A stretch of DNA of 64,000 nt from Thermobacillus sp. ZCTH02-B1 (GCF_002159085.1 NZ_LZRU01000035.1:19866-83865), one strand, 5' to 3'. Positions 20,451 to 30,166 are shown, counted from the stretch's first letter. Notes: generated from the sequence alone by a model not told the origin. A program made the numbers and translations.

Positions 20451-22000
20451 TCACGCCTCCTCCGGCAGCGGCCGCACCGGCTGACGCGTGATGGCGCCCG
20501 ACGCGAGCCAGGTGCCGAGGAGCATCGCGGCGCAACACGCCGCGGCCGCGGCCGCCAGGGCGCCCGCATCCCGGACTGCCGGGAAATCGGCAAGCCCGTA
20601 GCTGCGAAGCGCGGCGTCCAGCAGATGAGGCGTGAAGATCGCGCCGATCGTCAGCCCTGCCGCCGCGCCGGCGATCGCAGGCGGCGCCGTGCCCGACAGG
20701 ATCGCGAGCCGCAGCCGCCCGGCCGTCATGCCGAGCGCCCGGTACATCGCCAGCATCCATCCGTCCCGCCTGACTTGCAGGCGGCTGACGCTGTATGTGA
20801 TGCCGCAGGCGACGCCGAGGATGAACAGTCCCATCGCGCCGAGCGGCCAGACCAGCAAGCCCAGCGCCTGGCCGAACGCTTCCCGGACCAGCGTCTCCTG
20901 CGACGCCGCGTAGATCGCGTCCCCGAACCGGCCGCGCAGCTCCGCGATGAACGCCTCCGGATCCGCGTTCTCCCCGAGCCGGACGAAGAACAGCGGAGCG
21001 GACGGCTCCTCGTCGAGTCCAAGCCGCGCGATGCCGTCCGACGTCAGGCGGGCCGTCAGCGACCGGTTCGCGATCGACTGATAGATGCCCGTGACCGTGT
21101 AATCGGCCTTCCGCCCCTGGATATAGAGCCCGACCACATCCCCGACCCGCTTGCCGAGCAGCTCCGCCGCGCGGACGCCGAGCGCGATCTCGGTTCCGGC
21201 GGCCGGATTCCGCCCCTCGATCGTCTCGTACCCGATGCGGTCCATGTCGCCGTCCAGGAACGTGACGTGAAGGCCGGTAACGCCGGCGCCCCTCGGCAGC
21301 TCCGCCGGCACGGCATATACGCCGCCGGTCCTCGCGACATGATCCGCCGCCGGATGCGCCCGCAGCGCCCGGCCAATCGCTTCCGCCCCGTCCGCGGATT
21401 CATTCACGAGCTGCACGCTGACGTCCGCGTTGTCGTAGCCCCATTGCGGCGGATGCATGCCTTTCACGCTAGCGACCGGCAGATGCCGATCGTCCGGTAG
21501 CGGGACAGGATCGTGTCGGAGATCGTGAAGCCGACGGCATGGAGCGCGATCGCCAGCATGACGAGCGACATGGCGGTCATCAGCAGGCTCAGCACCGTTC
21601 CGATCATGTAATAGAACGAGGTCAGCCCGGCGAAATCCGTGACCGTCTCGAGGAACGGAGTGCCGAAATGCGCCGCAAAATGCGCCCAATGTGCGGGTTC
21701 ATCGGCCGCATCCGCGAACCGGATCCCCATCATCGCCTTCTCCCGCGCATCGCCGGCGGCCGCAAGACGCGCGTAATCCGACGCATTCATCCAGATTCTC
21801 GCCGTCACGGTGAACGGCTGGCTGAACGGAAGGTCGACGACGATGCCGGCCACGCGGTAGCTGAACGTTTCATCTCCCCATTGGAAGCCGATCCGGTCGC
21901 CGAGGCGGATCGATTTCGAGCGGGCCAGCGACGTCGGAATCCACACCGTTCCCGGTTCCGGTGCGGGAGACGAGCCGCTCCGCTCCGCGAAGAGGAGCCG
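20451..22000 (-). pseudogene. FtsX/MacB-type ABC exporter permease remnant (N-terminus lost, internal deletion at ~21468)
   Basis: Fragments VWIPTSLA...LGDRI...TIGICRSL and WGYDNADV...EGRNP...AMYRALGMT are in different frames with intervening TM segments missing. Confidence 0.75.
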
Positions 22001-22305
22001 GTCGACCGGAGAAGCTCGCGGGGCGTCATGTCGTTCAGCCTGCGGCCGCGGAACAGGACTTCGCCCGACGTGGGCCCTTCGAGTCCGCCGAGCAGACCGA
22101 GCAACGTCGACTTGCCGGAGCCGGAGGCGCCCATGATGACGGTAAAGTCACCCTCGCGGCATTCCAGGTCGACGCCGCGCACGGCCGGATACGCTTCACC
22201 GCCGTTCCGGTAAACCTTCACGAGGTTGACGGCCTTCAGAATGACGCCGGTTCCTCCGGATCCGGAAGACGGCGTCGCCGTTCCCGTCGCTCCGGTCGTG
22301 GTCAC
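22001..22305 (-). pseudogene. LolD/MacB-type ABC ATP-binding protein, truncated
   Basis: LKAVNLVKVY...GASGSGKSTLL (Walker A)...PTSGEVLFRG; no signature or Walker B before it runs into permease sequence. Confidence 0.8.
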
Positions 22306-22509
22306 GGCCAAGGCGCCCCCCTGTTCATTCAGGACCCAAACATGAACCAGTACTATACATAACAAGATACCTGATAACATAATGTCAGATTTCGCAGCAT
22401 ATTTCAAGGCTTTTTTCCATGATCATGCGATGCTTCCGGTTCCGTACGCCCGGTCCCCTGCGGGACATTCCGCCGCGTATGCCCTGACAAGGGCCGGGAA
22501 GGGCCGCTT

Positions 22510-22655
22510 CCGCCGGGCGTGAACAGGCTGCGGCCGGCGGCAATGTCCGGATCGATCCGCTCCACGTCAATGCCGATTTCGCCGGCACCCGCCGCCGTGC
22601 CCCGGTCGCCCGAATGCGAAAGGTCGGAAGGCAACAGGAAGGGCGTCCCTGAAAC
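22510..22655 (-). pseudogene. Sfp-type 4'-phosphopantetheinyl transferase relic
   Basis: In-frame GTPFLLPSDLSHSGD...EIGIDVERI matches the Sfp motifs GKP, xSHSG and GxDxE; no start and no WxxKEA motif. Confidence 0.6.
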
Positions 22656-22712
22656 GCGGCAAGCCCGGCACCGCGGGGGGTGCCGGGCCGTGCGTTCACG
22701 GGTGATGTGCTG

Positions 22713-23963
22713 TTACCGGTTTGTGTCCGCGCGCGCATCGCCGTCGAGCGCGGCGTTGAGCGCGCGGAGCAGCGTGTGCCGGTTCGGCCGCACCGTATGC
22801 GCCCGACGCAGCGCCTCGTCGAGCAGCTCCGGACCGATGCCGAGCTCGGCCGGATCGGCGGGGCCGCCCGCGACGCGGAGCAGGCGGCGCAGCTCCGCGC
22901 CGTCCGGCAATTCCGCCAGCATCACGCGGCACGCTTCGGGCAGCGGGAAGCCTTCCGCCACGCGCCGCTTGTACAGGTCCGCGATCACCGCGCAGGCGAC
23001 GCCCACCTTCGCGCCGTGCAGCACCTGCCGGCGTCCGGTGCGGAGGAAATGCATCTCCCAGTAGTGGGAAATGTGATGCTCCGCGCCGGACGCGGGATGC
23101 GACTGCCCGAACCGGAGCATCGCGATGCCGGATTCGATGAGCGACTGCATCAGGACGCGCACGCCCTCCTCCGAGCCCCGGCCGATCGCTTCGGCGTGGG
23201 CCGCGCAGCGCTCGAGCGCGCCCCGCGTGACCGCCGCCACCTCCTCGTCGTACGGCTCGCCCGCCGTCTCGCGGCCGTACATCCAGTCGAACAATGACGT
23301 GTACTTGCCGAGCATGTCGCCGAATCCGGCCGCGATCAGCGGACGCGGCGCCTCGAGAAGCACGTCCAGGTCAGCGAACAGGGCGACCGGTGCGGACGCC
23401 GGCAGCGTGATCTTCTCGCCGCGCAGGATCAGCGGCGCTCCCTTCGACGTGAAGCCGTCGACCGACGGCGCCGTCGGCACCGACACGAACGGCACGCCGA
23501 GCGTATAGGCGGCATAGCGGACGATGTCGTGGATCGTGCCGCTTCCCGCCGCGACGAGCACGTCCGCCCCGTGCCGCTGCGCCGCGATGATCGCCTGCAG
23601 CACCGACGCCTCGTCGGCAACGACGTCGCCCGCCGCGTTCGGCCGGATGATCTCGAGGCCCGCCCGGCCGCCCGCCGCGCCGTATCGCTCCGCCAGCCGG
23701 CGGCCGATCACCTCCGCCGTCGTCCCGTCCGCAACGAAGAGCGCCGTTCCGAAGCCGGCTTCGATCAGATAGACCGCCGCCTCGTCCGCGGCGCCCCGCG
23801 CGAGCCGGATCGGCCCCGGCAGCGCGGAATCCGCCGCCCGGCCGCCGGCGCCCGCACCGGCTCCGGCGTTGTTCATCGTGCCGCCTTGGGCCGTTTTGCC
23901 GCCGTCGGCCTTTGAGCCGATGTCCATTTTCTCGCCACCGCGCATATCCGCCGCTTCGTTCAT
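22713..23963 (-). CDS. araM: sn-glycerol-1-phosphate dehydrogenase (AraM/EgsA family)
   Basis: GSGTIHDI, PTAPSVDGFTS, GFGDMLGK, PASGAEHHISHYWEM, LHGAKVG; ATG 23963 overlaps upstream TGA. Confidence 0.9.
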   Translation of the reverse strand: MNEAADMRGGEKMDIGSKADGGKTAQGGTMNNAGAGAGAGGRAADSALPGPIRLARGAADEAAVYLIEAGFGTALFVADGTTAEVIGRRLAERYGAAGGRAGLEIIRPNAAGDVVADEASVLQAIIAAQRHGADVLVAAGSGTIHDIVRYAAYTLGVPFVSVPTAPSVDGFTSKGAPLILRGEKITLPASAPVALFADLDVLLEAPRPLIAAGFGDMLGKYTSLFDWMYGRETAGEPYDEEVAAVTRGALERCAAHAEAIGRGSEEGVRVLMQSLIESGIAMLRFGQSHPASGAEHHISHYWEMHFLRTGRRQVLHGAKVGVACAVIADLYKRRVAEGFPLPEACRVMLAELPDGAELRRLLRVAGGPADPAELGIGPELLDEALRRAHTVRPNRHTLLRALNAALDGDARADTNR

Positions 23964-24769
23964 CGTTCCATCTCCTCCAGCAGCCGGCGAAGATCCGCCA
24001 GCGAATCGAGCATCCAATCCGGCCGCTCCGCGGGAGCCATCGCCTCCGCCTCTTCCCGCGTCACCGAGCCGCTCAGCACGAGCGCCGTCCGGATGCCGGC
24101 CCGCTTGCCCAGCGCGATGTCCGACCCCGGGCTGTCGCCCACGATCAGGCACCGCTCCGGCGGCAGGCCGAGCCGGTCCAGCGCGGCGCGCGCCATCGCG
24201 GGCGACGGCTTGCCCACGACCACGTCCGCCGCCACGCCGGTCGCATGTTCGAGCGCCGCGAGCACCGCGCCGACATCGATCGATTCCCCGTCCTCGCCGG
24301 GAAACGTCTTGTCCCTGTTCGTCGCAATGATCCGGGCGCCGGCCCGCACCGCGCGGAACGCGTCATTCAGCTCCGCGTAGGTCAGCGTCTCGTGCAGCGT
24401 CACGACGAGCCGGTCCGCGTCCTGCGGCCTCACGGCGAACCGGACGCCGTGCAGGGCCAGCTCGTCCCTCAGCCCCTGCTCGCCGAGCACCCAGACGCGC
24501 GCATCCGGTTCATGCTCCCTCAGATACCGCGCGACGACCGAAGAGGTCAGGATGATGTCCTCCGCCTCGCACGGAATGCCCATCGCCGCCAGGCGCTCCC
24601 GGCACATGCGCCGCGAGATGTTCCCCCGGTTGCTCAGGAAGACGACGCGCTTGCCCCGCGATCGCAGATAGCCGATCGTCTCCGCCGCGCCGTCGATCGG
24701 CCGGCTGCCCGCGTATACCGTGCCGTCCAGGTCCAGGATGAACCCGTCCGGCGTCCAGCTTCCCGCCAT
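23960..24769 (-). CDS. HAD-IIA sugar-phosphatase (AraL/NagD family)
   Basis: DLDGTV, LSN, GKPS, VGDSPGSDI motifs. Confidence 0.9.
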   Translation of the reverse strand: MAGSWTPDGFILDLDGTVYAGSRPIDGAAETIGYLRSRGKRVVFLSNRGNISRRMCRERLAAMGIPCEAEDIILTSSVVARYLREHEPDARVWVLGEQGLRDELALHGVRFAVRPQDADRLVVTLHETLTYAELNDAFRAVRAGARIIATNRDKTFPGEDGESIDVGAVLAALEHATGVAADVVVGKPSPAMARAALDRLGLPPERCLIVGDSPGSDIALGKRAGIRTALVLSGSVTREEAEAMAPAERPDWMLDSLADLRRLLEEMER

Positions 24770-24916
24770 GCGTCACCGCCCCGCCAATCCGTGTGGTTGT
24801 TGCGGCAACCGCCGCGATCCGTGCCGCCCTGCCCGCAAGGCCGCCATGCGAATGCGCCCCGCGTATGCGGAACGGCCGGGGCTGCGGAAGCGCCGCCATC
24901 CCGGCCGCCCGAAACT

Positions 24917-24933
24917 TGTAATAAAACTGTAAT
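24917..24933 (+). promoter_or_regulatory. WalR (YycF)-type direct repeat box
   Basis: TGTAAT-AAAAC-TGTAAT equals consensus TGTWAH-N5-TGTWAH. Confidence 0.6.
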
Positions 24934-24977
24934 ATATCTTTCAGATTTCATTCATGTTGGGCGGTTATGATGATAAC

Positions 24978-25048
24978 CGAAACCCCCCATTTTCATAGAC
25001 CCTTTCCTTGATTCCGCGGCACGGTTGGACCTGCCGCGGACTTTTTTT
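24978..25048 (+). ncRNA. Candidate C-rich small regulatory RNA
   Basis: TATGAT at 24966-24971, C-rich tracts, and a strong plus-strand terminator with no credible plus-strand gene upstream. Confidence 0.45.
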
Positions 25049-25056
25049 CTTTTTTT
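25013..25056 (+). terminator. Rho-independent terminator (plus strand)
   Basis: TCCGCGGCA/TGCCGCGGA stem followed by T7-C-T7. Confidence 0.8.
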
Positions 25057-25283
25057 ATTTCGCTTCCGGCAGGGCGTGTTCCTGCAGCGCGCCACCCCCG
25101 CCGCGGCCCGCCCCTGCCTGTCGGCCCGCCGTCCGGGATGGCGGCACGGCACACATCCGAACAAAACGTCCGCCGCGTCCGAACCGTCACGCTCCGCACT
25201 CGCGATCATCCGCGCATGACCGATACGCATCGCTCCCGCATCGCCTGCACCACTCAAGACCTTCGCACGCCGATCCCGGACCG

Positions 25284-26225
25284 TCACGCGCCGATTACGC
25301 CGTCATCCGTCGTCCGGGGCGATCCGCCTCCGCCCAGGTGCCGCTCGAGAAACGGCAGCACGGTCTCCCAGAACGCGGGATCGCGCTCGGAGCTGCTGTG
25401 CCCGTCGACCTCGACGAACCGGTGCTCGACCGGCGCGCGGGCCGCCACGCGGCGCAGCTCGTCCGCCGGAACGATCGGATCGCCGGTTGCGTGGATCATG
25501 AGCACCGGCGTTCCCCGTCCCTCGCGGACCGCTTTGGCGTTGGCCATCACCCAGGCGGGCATGTCGATGCCCGCCACCGCCGAATACGGAATGCCCGCCC
25601 TGAACAGCCAGACGCGCGGCATGATCCGGTCGAGCGGAAACGCCGGCAGCTTCCGCCGCCGGAGCTCCGAGCGGATGATCGTCTCGAGCGTGAGCGGCGC
25701 ATTGTCCGTGACGACGGCGCGCACCCCGAGCCCGTCGGCGCAGGCGAGCAGCGCGCCGAGTCCGCCCATCGAATGGCCGAGCACCGCGATGCGCGACGCG
25801 TCGACGCCGGGCAGCTTCGCCGCCGTCTCGACGGCCGCCCGGATGTCCGCCTTGAACATGAGTCCGGTCGGCGCCTTGATCGAGCCGCTTTCGCCGTGGC
25901 ATCGCGCGTCATACACGAACACGTTGTACCCGGCGTTGACGAGCGGATGCGCATAGCGCAGCACGCGCGACCGGTTCGAGCCCCAGCCGTGCGCGACGAC
26001 GACGGTCGGCCGCGGCGCCGCCGCATCCGCCCCCGCCGACGGAGGGCGGATGAGCCAGCCCGCCATCGGAACGCCCTCGCTCTCGAACCGCACCGTCTCG
26101 TACGGCGCCTGCGGCACCGCCTCGATCGGGCGCCGCTTCGGCTGCTGCATCTTCGCGCTCACCGCATACGCCCCGCCGCCCGCCGCCGCGATGACGGCGG
26201 CCGCGCCGACTGCCCAGCCCCACAT
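25284..26225 (-). CDS. Alpha/beta hydrolase with N-terminal membrane anchor
   Basis: AHGWG, DARCHGES, GHSMGG nucleophile elbow, IHATGDPIVP; ATG 26225 after GAAGGAGG. Confidence 0.88.
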   Translation of the reverse strand: MWGWAVGAAAVIAAAGGGAYAVSAKMQQPKRRPIEAVPQAPYETVRFESEGVPMAGWLIRPPSAGADAAAPRPTVVVAHGWGSNRSRVLRYAHPLVNAGYNVFVYDARCHGESGSIKAPTGLMFKADIRAAVETAAKLPGVDASRIAVLGHSMGGLGALLACADGLGVRAVVTDNAPLTLETIIRSELRRRKLPAFPLDRIMPRVWLFRAGIPYSAVAGIDMPAWVMANAKAVREGRGTPVLMIHATGDPIVPADELRRVAARAPVEHRFVEVDGHSSSERDPAFWETVLPFLERHLGGGGSPRTTDDGVIGA

Positions 26226-26247
26226 GATGCCGTTCCCTCCTTCCGGC

Positions 26248-26883
26248 TCAGGCCAGCGACCGGACGATTTCGACATAACGGCGGGCGTTCTCCTCCAGCT
26301 TGCCGTATTCGCCCGCCTCGATCCATTCCCGATTCAGCAGACGGCTTCCGATGCCGACCGCGGCCGCCCCCGCCTCGAAATACGACCGGATCGTCGCGAG
26401 ATCGACGCCCCCCGTCGCGATCATCGGGATATGGTTCAGCGGCGCGCGGATCTCCGCCAGATAGTTCACGCCGAGCGACGCCATCGGGAACACCTTGACC
26501 GCCTCGGCGCCCGCCTTCCAGGCGCGCACGATCTCGGTCGGCGTCATGGCTCCCGGCCAGACGGAGATGCCCCGCTCCGCGCCGAAGGCGATCACCTCTT
26601 CGTCGAGATTCGGCGAGATCAGATACAGGGCGCCGGCCGCCGCCGCTTCCCTCGCCATCTTCAGGTCGAGCACGGTGCCCGCGCCGACCGCCGCCCGGCC
26701 GTCGAACTTCTCCCGCCAGGCGGCGATCGTCCTCGTCGCGTCCGGCGTGTTCATCGTCACCTCGATCAGCCGGATGCCGCCCGCGACCAGCGCTTCGGCG
26801 GCCCGGTCCGCCGCTTCGCCCCCGAGCCCCCGGACGATCGCCACGATGCGCTCCCGAAGGAGCAGATCCAGCATGCCGCTCAC
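26248..26883 (-). CDS. eda: KDPG/KHG aldolase
   Basis: IVAIVRG, IEVT, GAGTVL, PGAMTPTEI, VKVFP, TGGV; GTG 26883 after AAAGGGGG. Confidence 0.9.
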   Translation of the reverse strand: MSGMLDLLLRERIVAIVRGLGGEAADRAAEALVAGGIRLIEVTMNTPDATRTIAAWREKFDGRAAVGAGTVLDLKMAREAAAAGALYLISPNLDEEVIAFGAERGISVWPGAMTPTEIVRAWKAGAEAVKVFPMASLGVNYLAEIRAPLNHIPMIATGGVDLATIRSYFEAGAAAVGIGSRLLNREWIEAGEYGKLEENARRYVEIVRSLA

Positions 26884-26989
26884 GTGCGCTCCCCCTTTCA
26901 GCGACAAGGGCGGCCTTCCGGTCGCCGCCTGTCATCCGTCGTTTCTTCCATTGTACCCCATCCGCGTCGACGCGCAAGAGCCGGGCATA

Positions 26990-27018
26990 CACCCGGTAGG
27001 CGCAAGCCGCATACGATA
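26990..27018 (+). promoter_or_regulatory. Sigma-K-type promoter
   Basis: CACC-N16-CATACGATA matches mACm-N16-CATAnnnTA. Confidence 0.55.
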
Positions 27019-27056
27019 TCCCGAAACCAAATCTTGCGCGAAGGAGCAATCGAGCG

Positions 27057-27626
27057 ATGGAAGTTCAGCAAGCCTATCCGACCGTCGACGCCGGATGCGG
27101 CTGCGATGCGTCGCGCGCGTTCCCGGCTCCCCAGACTCCCATGCAGCAGGGTCCGGGTCAGGCGCCCGGCCAGCAATTCGGCCCCGGCTTCGGTCCCGGA
27201 CCGTTCCCGCCCTTCCCCGGTCCGGGTCCGTTCCCGCCGTTCCCCGGTCCGGGCCCGTTCCCGCCGTTTCCCGGACCCGGACCGTTCCCGCCGTCTCCCG
27301 GACCCGGGCCGTTTCCGCCGTTCCCGGGCCAGCGGCCCGTGACCGTGTTCATCAACGGCGGTCGACAGTTCCCCTGGCTGACGCGGTCCTACAGCATCCC
27401 GCACCGGTTCGGGCTCACGGTGCGCCAGGCGCTCGCCGCGACGGAGGTCGTGCAGTTCGGGCTCAGCGGCCAGATCGTGTCGGTCGGCGGCGTCTACACG
27501 GGCCCCGGCAGCAACATCCGGACAACCGTCCGGCTGAACGGCCGCGAGCTGCAGCCCGGCTTCCTGAACGCGCCGGTGACGCCGGGAAGCTTCATCTCGC
27601 TGGAACTGAGCCGGTTCTTCACCTGA
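27057..27626 (+). CDS. Pro/Gly/Phe-repeat protein with small C-terminal beta-grasp-like domain; probable late-sporulation/coat protein
   Basis: SD AAGGAG; (GPGPFPPFP)x5; C-terminal GLTVRQAL...IVSVGG...RLNGR resembles DUF4430/ubiquitin-like folds; sigma-K promoter upstream. Confidence 0.7.
   Translation: MEVQQAYPTVDAGCGCDASRAFPAPQTPMQQGPGQAPGQQFGPGFGPGPFPPFPGPGPFPPFPGPGPFPPFPGPGPFPPSPGPGPFPPFPGQRPVTVFINGGRQFPWLTRSYSIPHRFGLTVRQALAATEVVQFGLSGQIVSVGGVYTGPGSNIRTTVRLNGRELQPGFLNAPVTPGSFISLELSRFFT
27192..27326 (+). repeat. Coding tandem repeat, 5 x 27 bp
   Basis: Units such as GGTCCGGGTCCGTTCCCGCCGTTCCCC with mostly synonymous variation. Confidence 0.9.
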
Positions 27627-27783
27627 TGCCGGAGGCGCGGCGGTCCGGGCGCATGCCGGGACGGCCGCGCCCGCCGGCGGATGTCCGCGCCGCGCCGGTC
27701 GTCCGCTTCGAACCCGCGCGGCCGGATCCGCCGATTGACGCTGCCCGCCCGGAACGCGGGACGGACCGTCCCGCATCGCCCCG

Positions 27784-28662
27784 CTATTCGTCCCCGAGCA
27801 GCCGTTGCCGCAGGAACGCCCTCACCCGGTCCGCCAGATCCGGCCGTTCGAGCGCCAGATCGACGGTCGCCTGCACGAAGCCGAACTTGTCGCCGATGTC
27901 GTACCGCCTGCCGTGGAACGGATAGGCGACCATCGGCTGCTCGGCGTTCATCTGCTGCATGCTGTCCGTGAGCTGGATCTCGCCTCCGCGGCCGGGCGCG
28001 GCCTTCTCGAGATACCGGAAAATGTCCGGCGTGAAGATGTATCTCCCGACGACCGCCCAGTTGGAGGGCGCCTCGCCGCGCGGCGGCTTCTCGACGAGGC
28101 CGCGGATCCGGCGGTCGCCGGACTCCGCGTCGAAATCGGCGATGCCGTATTTCTCGGTTTCCTCCCAGGGCACCTGCATGACGGCGACGACGGACGAGCC
28201 CGTCTGCTCGTACACGTCGATCATCGCCCGGAGGCACGGCGGATCCGAGATGAGGATGTCGTCGCCGAGCAGCACCGCGAACGGCTCGTCCCCGATGAAA
28301 TGCCGCGCGCTGTAGACGGCGTGCCCGAGCCCGAGCGGCTCCTTCTGGCGTATGTAGTAGATGTCCGCCATGTTCGATATGCCGCGGACGATATCGAGCA
28401 TTTCCCCGTCGCCCTTCGCTGCCAGCGCCATCTCCAGCTCGACGGATTTGTCGAAATGATCCTCGATCGCCCGCTTGTTCCGTCCCGTGACGATCATGAT
28501 GCTTTCGATGCCGGACTTCACCGCTTCTTCGACGATGTACTGGATCGCCGGCTTGTCGATCAGCGGCAGCATCTCCTTCGGTTGCGCCTTCGTCGCCGGC
28601 AGGAATCGCGTGCCGAGGCCTCCCGCCGGAAGCACGGCCTTGCGGATACGGGTTCTGTTCAA
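27784..28662 (-). CDS. galU: UTP--glucose-1-phosphate uridylyltransferase
   Basis: KAVLPAGGLGTRFLPATKAQPKEMLP, RQKEPLGLGHAV, GGEIQLTD; TTG 28662 after GAAAGGGG. Confidence 0.95.
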   Translation of the reverse strand: MNRTRIRKAVLPAGGLGTRFLPATKAQPKEMLPLIDKPAIQYIVEEAVKSGIESIMIVTGRNKRAIEDHFDKSVELEMALAAKGDGEMLDIVRGISNMADIYYIRQKEPLGLGHAVYSARHFIGDEPFAVLLGDDILISDPPCLRAMIDVYEQTGSSVVAVMQVPWEETEKYGIADFDAESGDRRIRGLVEKPPRGEAPSNWAVVGRYIFTPDIFRYLEKAAPGRGGEIQLTDSMQQMNAEQPMVAYPFHGRRYDIGDKFGFVQATVDLALERPDLADRVRAFLRQRLLGDE

Positions 28663-28794
28663 CGGTGAATCCCCTTTCATTTCCAACCGGAAAATCGAAA
28701 CCGCGACTGTCGACCGACGCCTGCCGCAAATTGACAAAACGCCCGCCTTCCCTGCACAATGGGGCTGACGAAGAGGAAGAAGGAGTAGAGGACG

Positions 28795-29196
28795 ATGCTG
28801 ACGACCGAAACGCTCCACACATCGCGACGCGAGGAAATGATCGACATCACCCGCCAGGTGCGAGCAGCGGTCCAGCGCTCCGGCGTCCGGGACGGCATCG
28901 CCGTCGTCTATTCGCCCCACACGACGGCCGGCATCACGATCCAGGAGAACGCCGACCCCGACGTCCGGCACGATGTGCTGCTCCGGCTGGGCGAAGTGTA
29001 TCCCTGGCAGCATCCGGGATACCGGCACGTGGAGGGCAACACCGCCGCGCACCTGAAGGCGATCACCGCCGGCGCCTCGCAGACCGTGATCATTTCCGGC
29101 GGGCAGCTCCTGCTGGGCCGGTGGCAAGGCATCTATTTCTGCGAATTCGACGGCCCGAGGACCCGCACGTTCATGATCAAGATCATCGCCGGCTGA
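28795..29196 (+). CDS. yjbQ: YjbQ/UPF0047 family protein
   Basis: [33 protein letters not shown]; TTGACA-N18-CACAAT upstream (28731-28760). Confidence 0.9.
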   Translation: MLTTETLHTSRREEMIDITRQVRAAVQRSGVRDGIAVVYSPHTTAGITIQENADPDVRHDVLLRLGEVYPWQHPGYRHVEGNTAAHLKAITAGASQTVIISGGQLLLGRWQGIYFCEFDGPRTRTFMIKIIAG

Positions 29197-29355
29197 AGGC
29201 GGCCGTTCCGGGGCGGCGTGCCGGGACGGGCATTCCGGCCTTTCCGGCGGCCGGGCCGCTCCGTCGCGTCCGGCGTTCCCTCCCGCCCCGCGATTGCGGC
29301 AAGACCGCCGCATCCGCCCGGCAGGCGGTCGGCGGTCCCGTATCGGACAGGGGCG

Positions 29356-29943
29356 TCAGTCTTTGTCCACGAGTCCCCGGTTCAGGTATTTCTCGAGCGT
29401 ATTCGTGATATCGAACACCGTGTGCGCAAGATCGTAGTTCTCGAACGCGTGCTCGCACTGCGACATATATTCCATGTCGTAATCGTAACGGCTCAGATGC
29501 GCCTGGATCACATCTTCGGGCAACCCGAGCGCGCGCTGCCGTTCCTCCACCGTGCGGCGGTCCGCATAAATGAACAGCCGGATGCAGTGATCGCCGTACT
29601 TTTCCTTCAGAATGTCCGCGCCTTCCCGGTTCAGGATCAGGTAGACCGATCCGCTTTTTTCGAACGCCCGGGCGACATCCCGGTCGCGGATGCCGTACTT
29701 GTTCCCGCGGAGCTCGATGCTTTCGAGAAACTCGCCGTCTTCTTCCATCTGGTCGTACAGCGCCCGCGAGATGAAATGATAATCGACGCCGTCCACTTCG
29801 CCCGGGCGCGGCTTGCGGGTCGCGTAGCCGGGCACCTTCGTGATGCCGAGCGTCTGCCCGACCGCGTCGGCCACGGTCTTCCGTCCCGACCCGTCCGGAC
29901 CCGTGAAGACGAACATGTATTCCGAGTCCTTCATGACATACAT
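29356..29943 (-). CDS. Guanylate kinase-like protein
   Basis: TRKPRPGEVDGVDYHF signature; atypical P-loop GPDGSGRKT; ATG 29943 after GGAGGAGG. Confidence 0.85.
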   Translation of the reverse strand: MYVMKDSEYMFVFTGPDGSGRKTVADAVGQTLGITKVPGYATRKPRPGEVDGVDYHFISRALYDQMEEDGEFLESIELRGNKYGIRDRDVARAFEKSGSVYLILNREGADILKEKYGDHCIRLFIYADRRTVEERQRALGLPEDVIQAHLSRYDYDMEYMSQCEHAFENYDLAHTVFDITNTLEKYLNRGLVDKD

Positions 29944-30166
29944 CCCGATCTCCTCCTCCTTCTTGAAATTTTCGTGAAAAACCGTGACATCCTCTCCAGG
30001 ATGGGACAAAATACGGACAAAACCGTTGCTCCCAACCATTTGTGTTTCCCTATTGTAACGAATTTGCTCCTCCACGGTCAATAACGGGACGGCACCTCGT
30101 CCGTGCCCGCGAATGCTTCCGAAAGCTTGCAATTGCTGGCCTTTCCGATCCGTGTGAAGGAACGGT

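Noticed and set aside
27192-27326. 27-bp repeat as a CRISPR array
   Set aside because: Contiguous in-frame coding repeats with no spacers and no cas genes.
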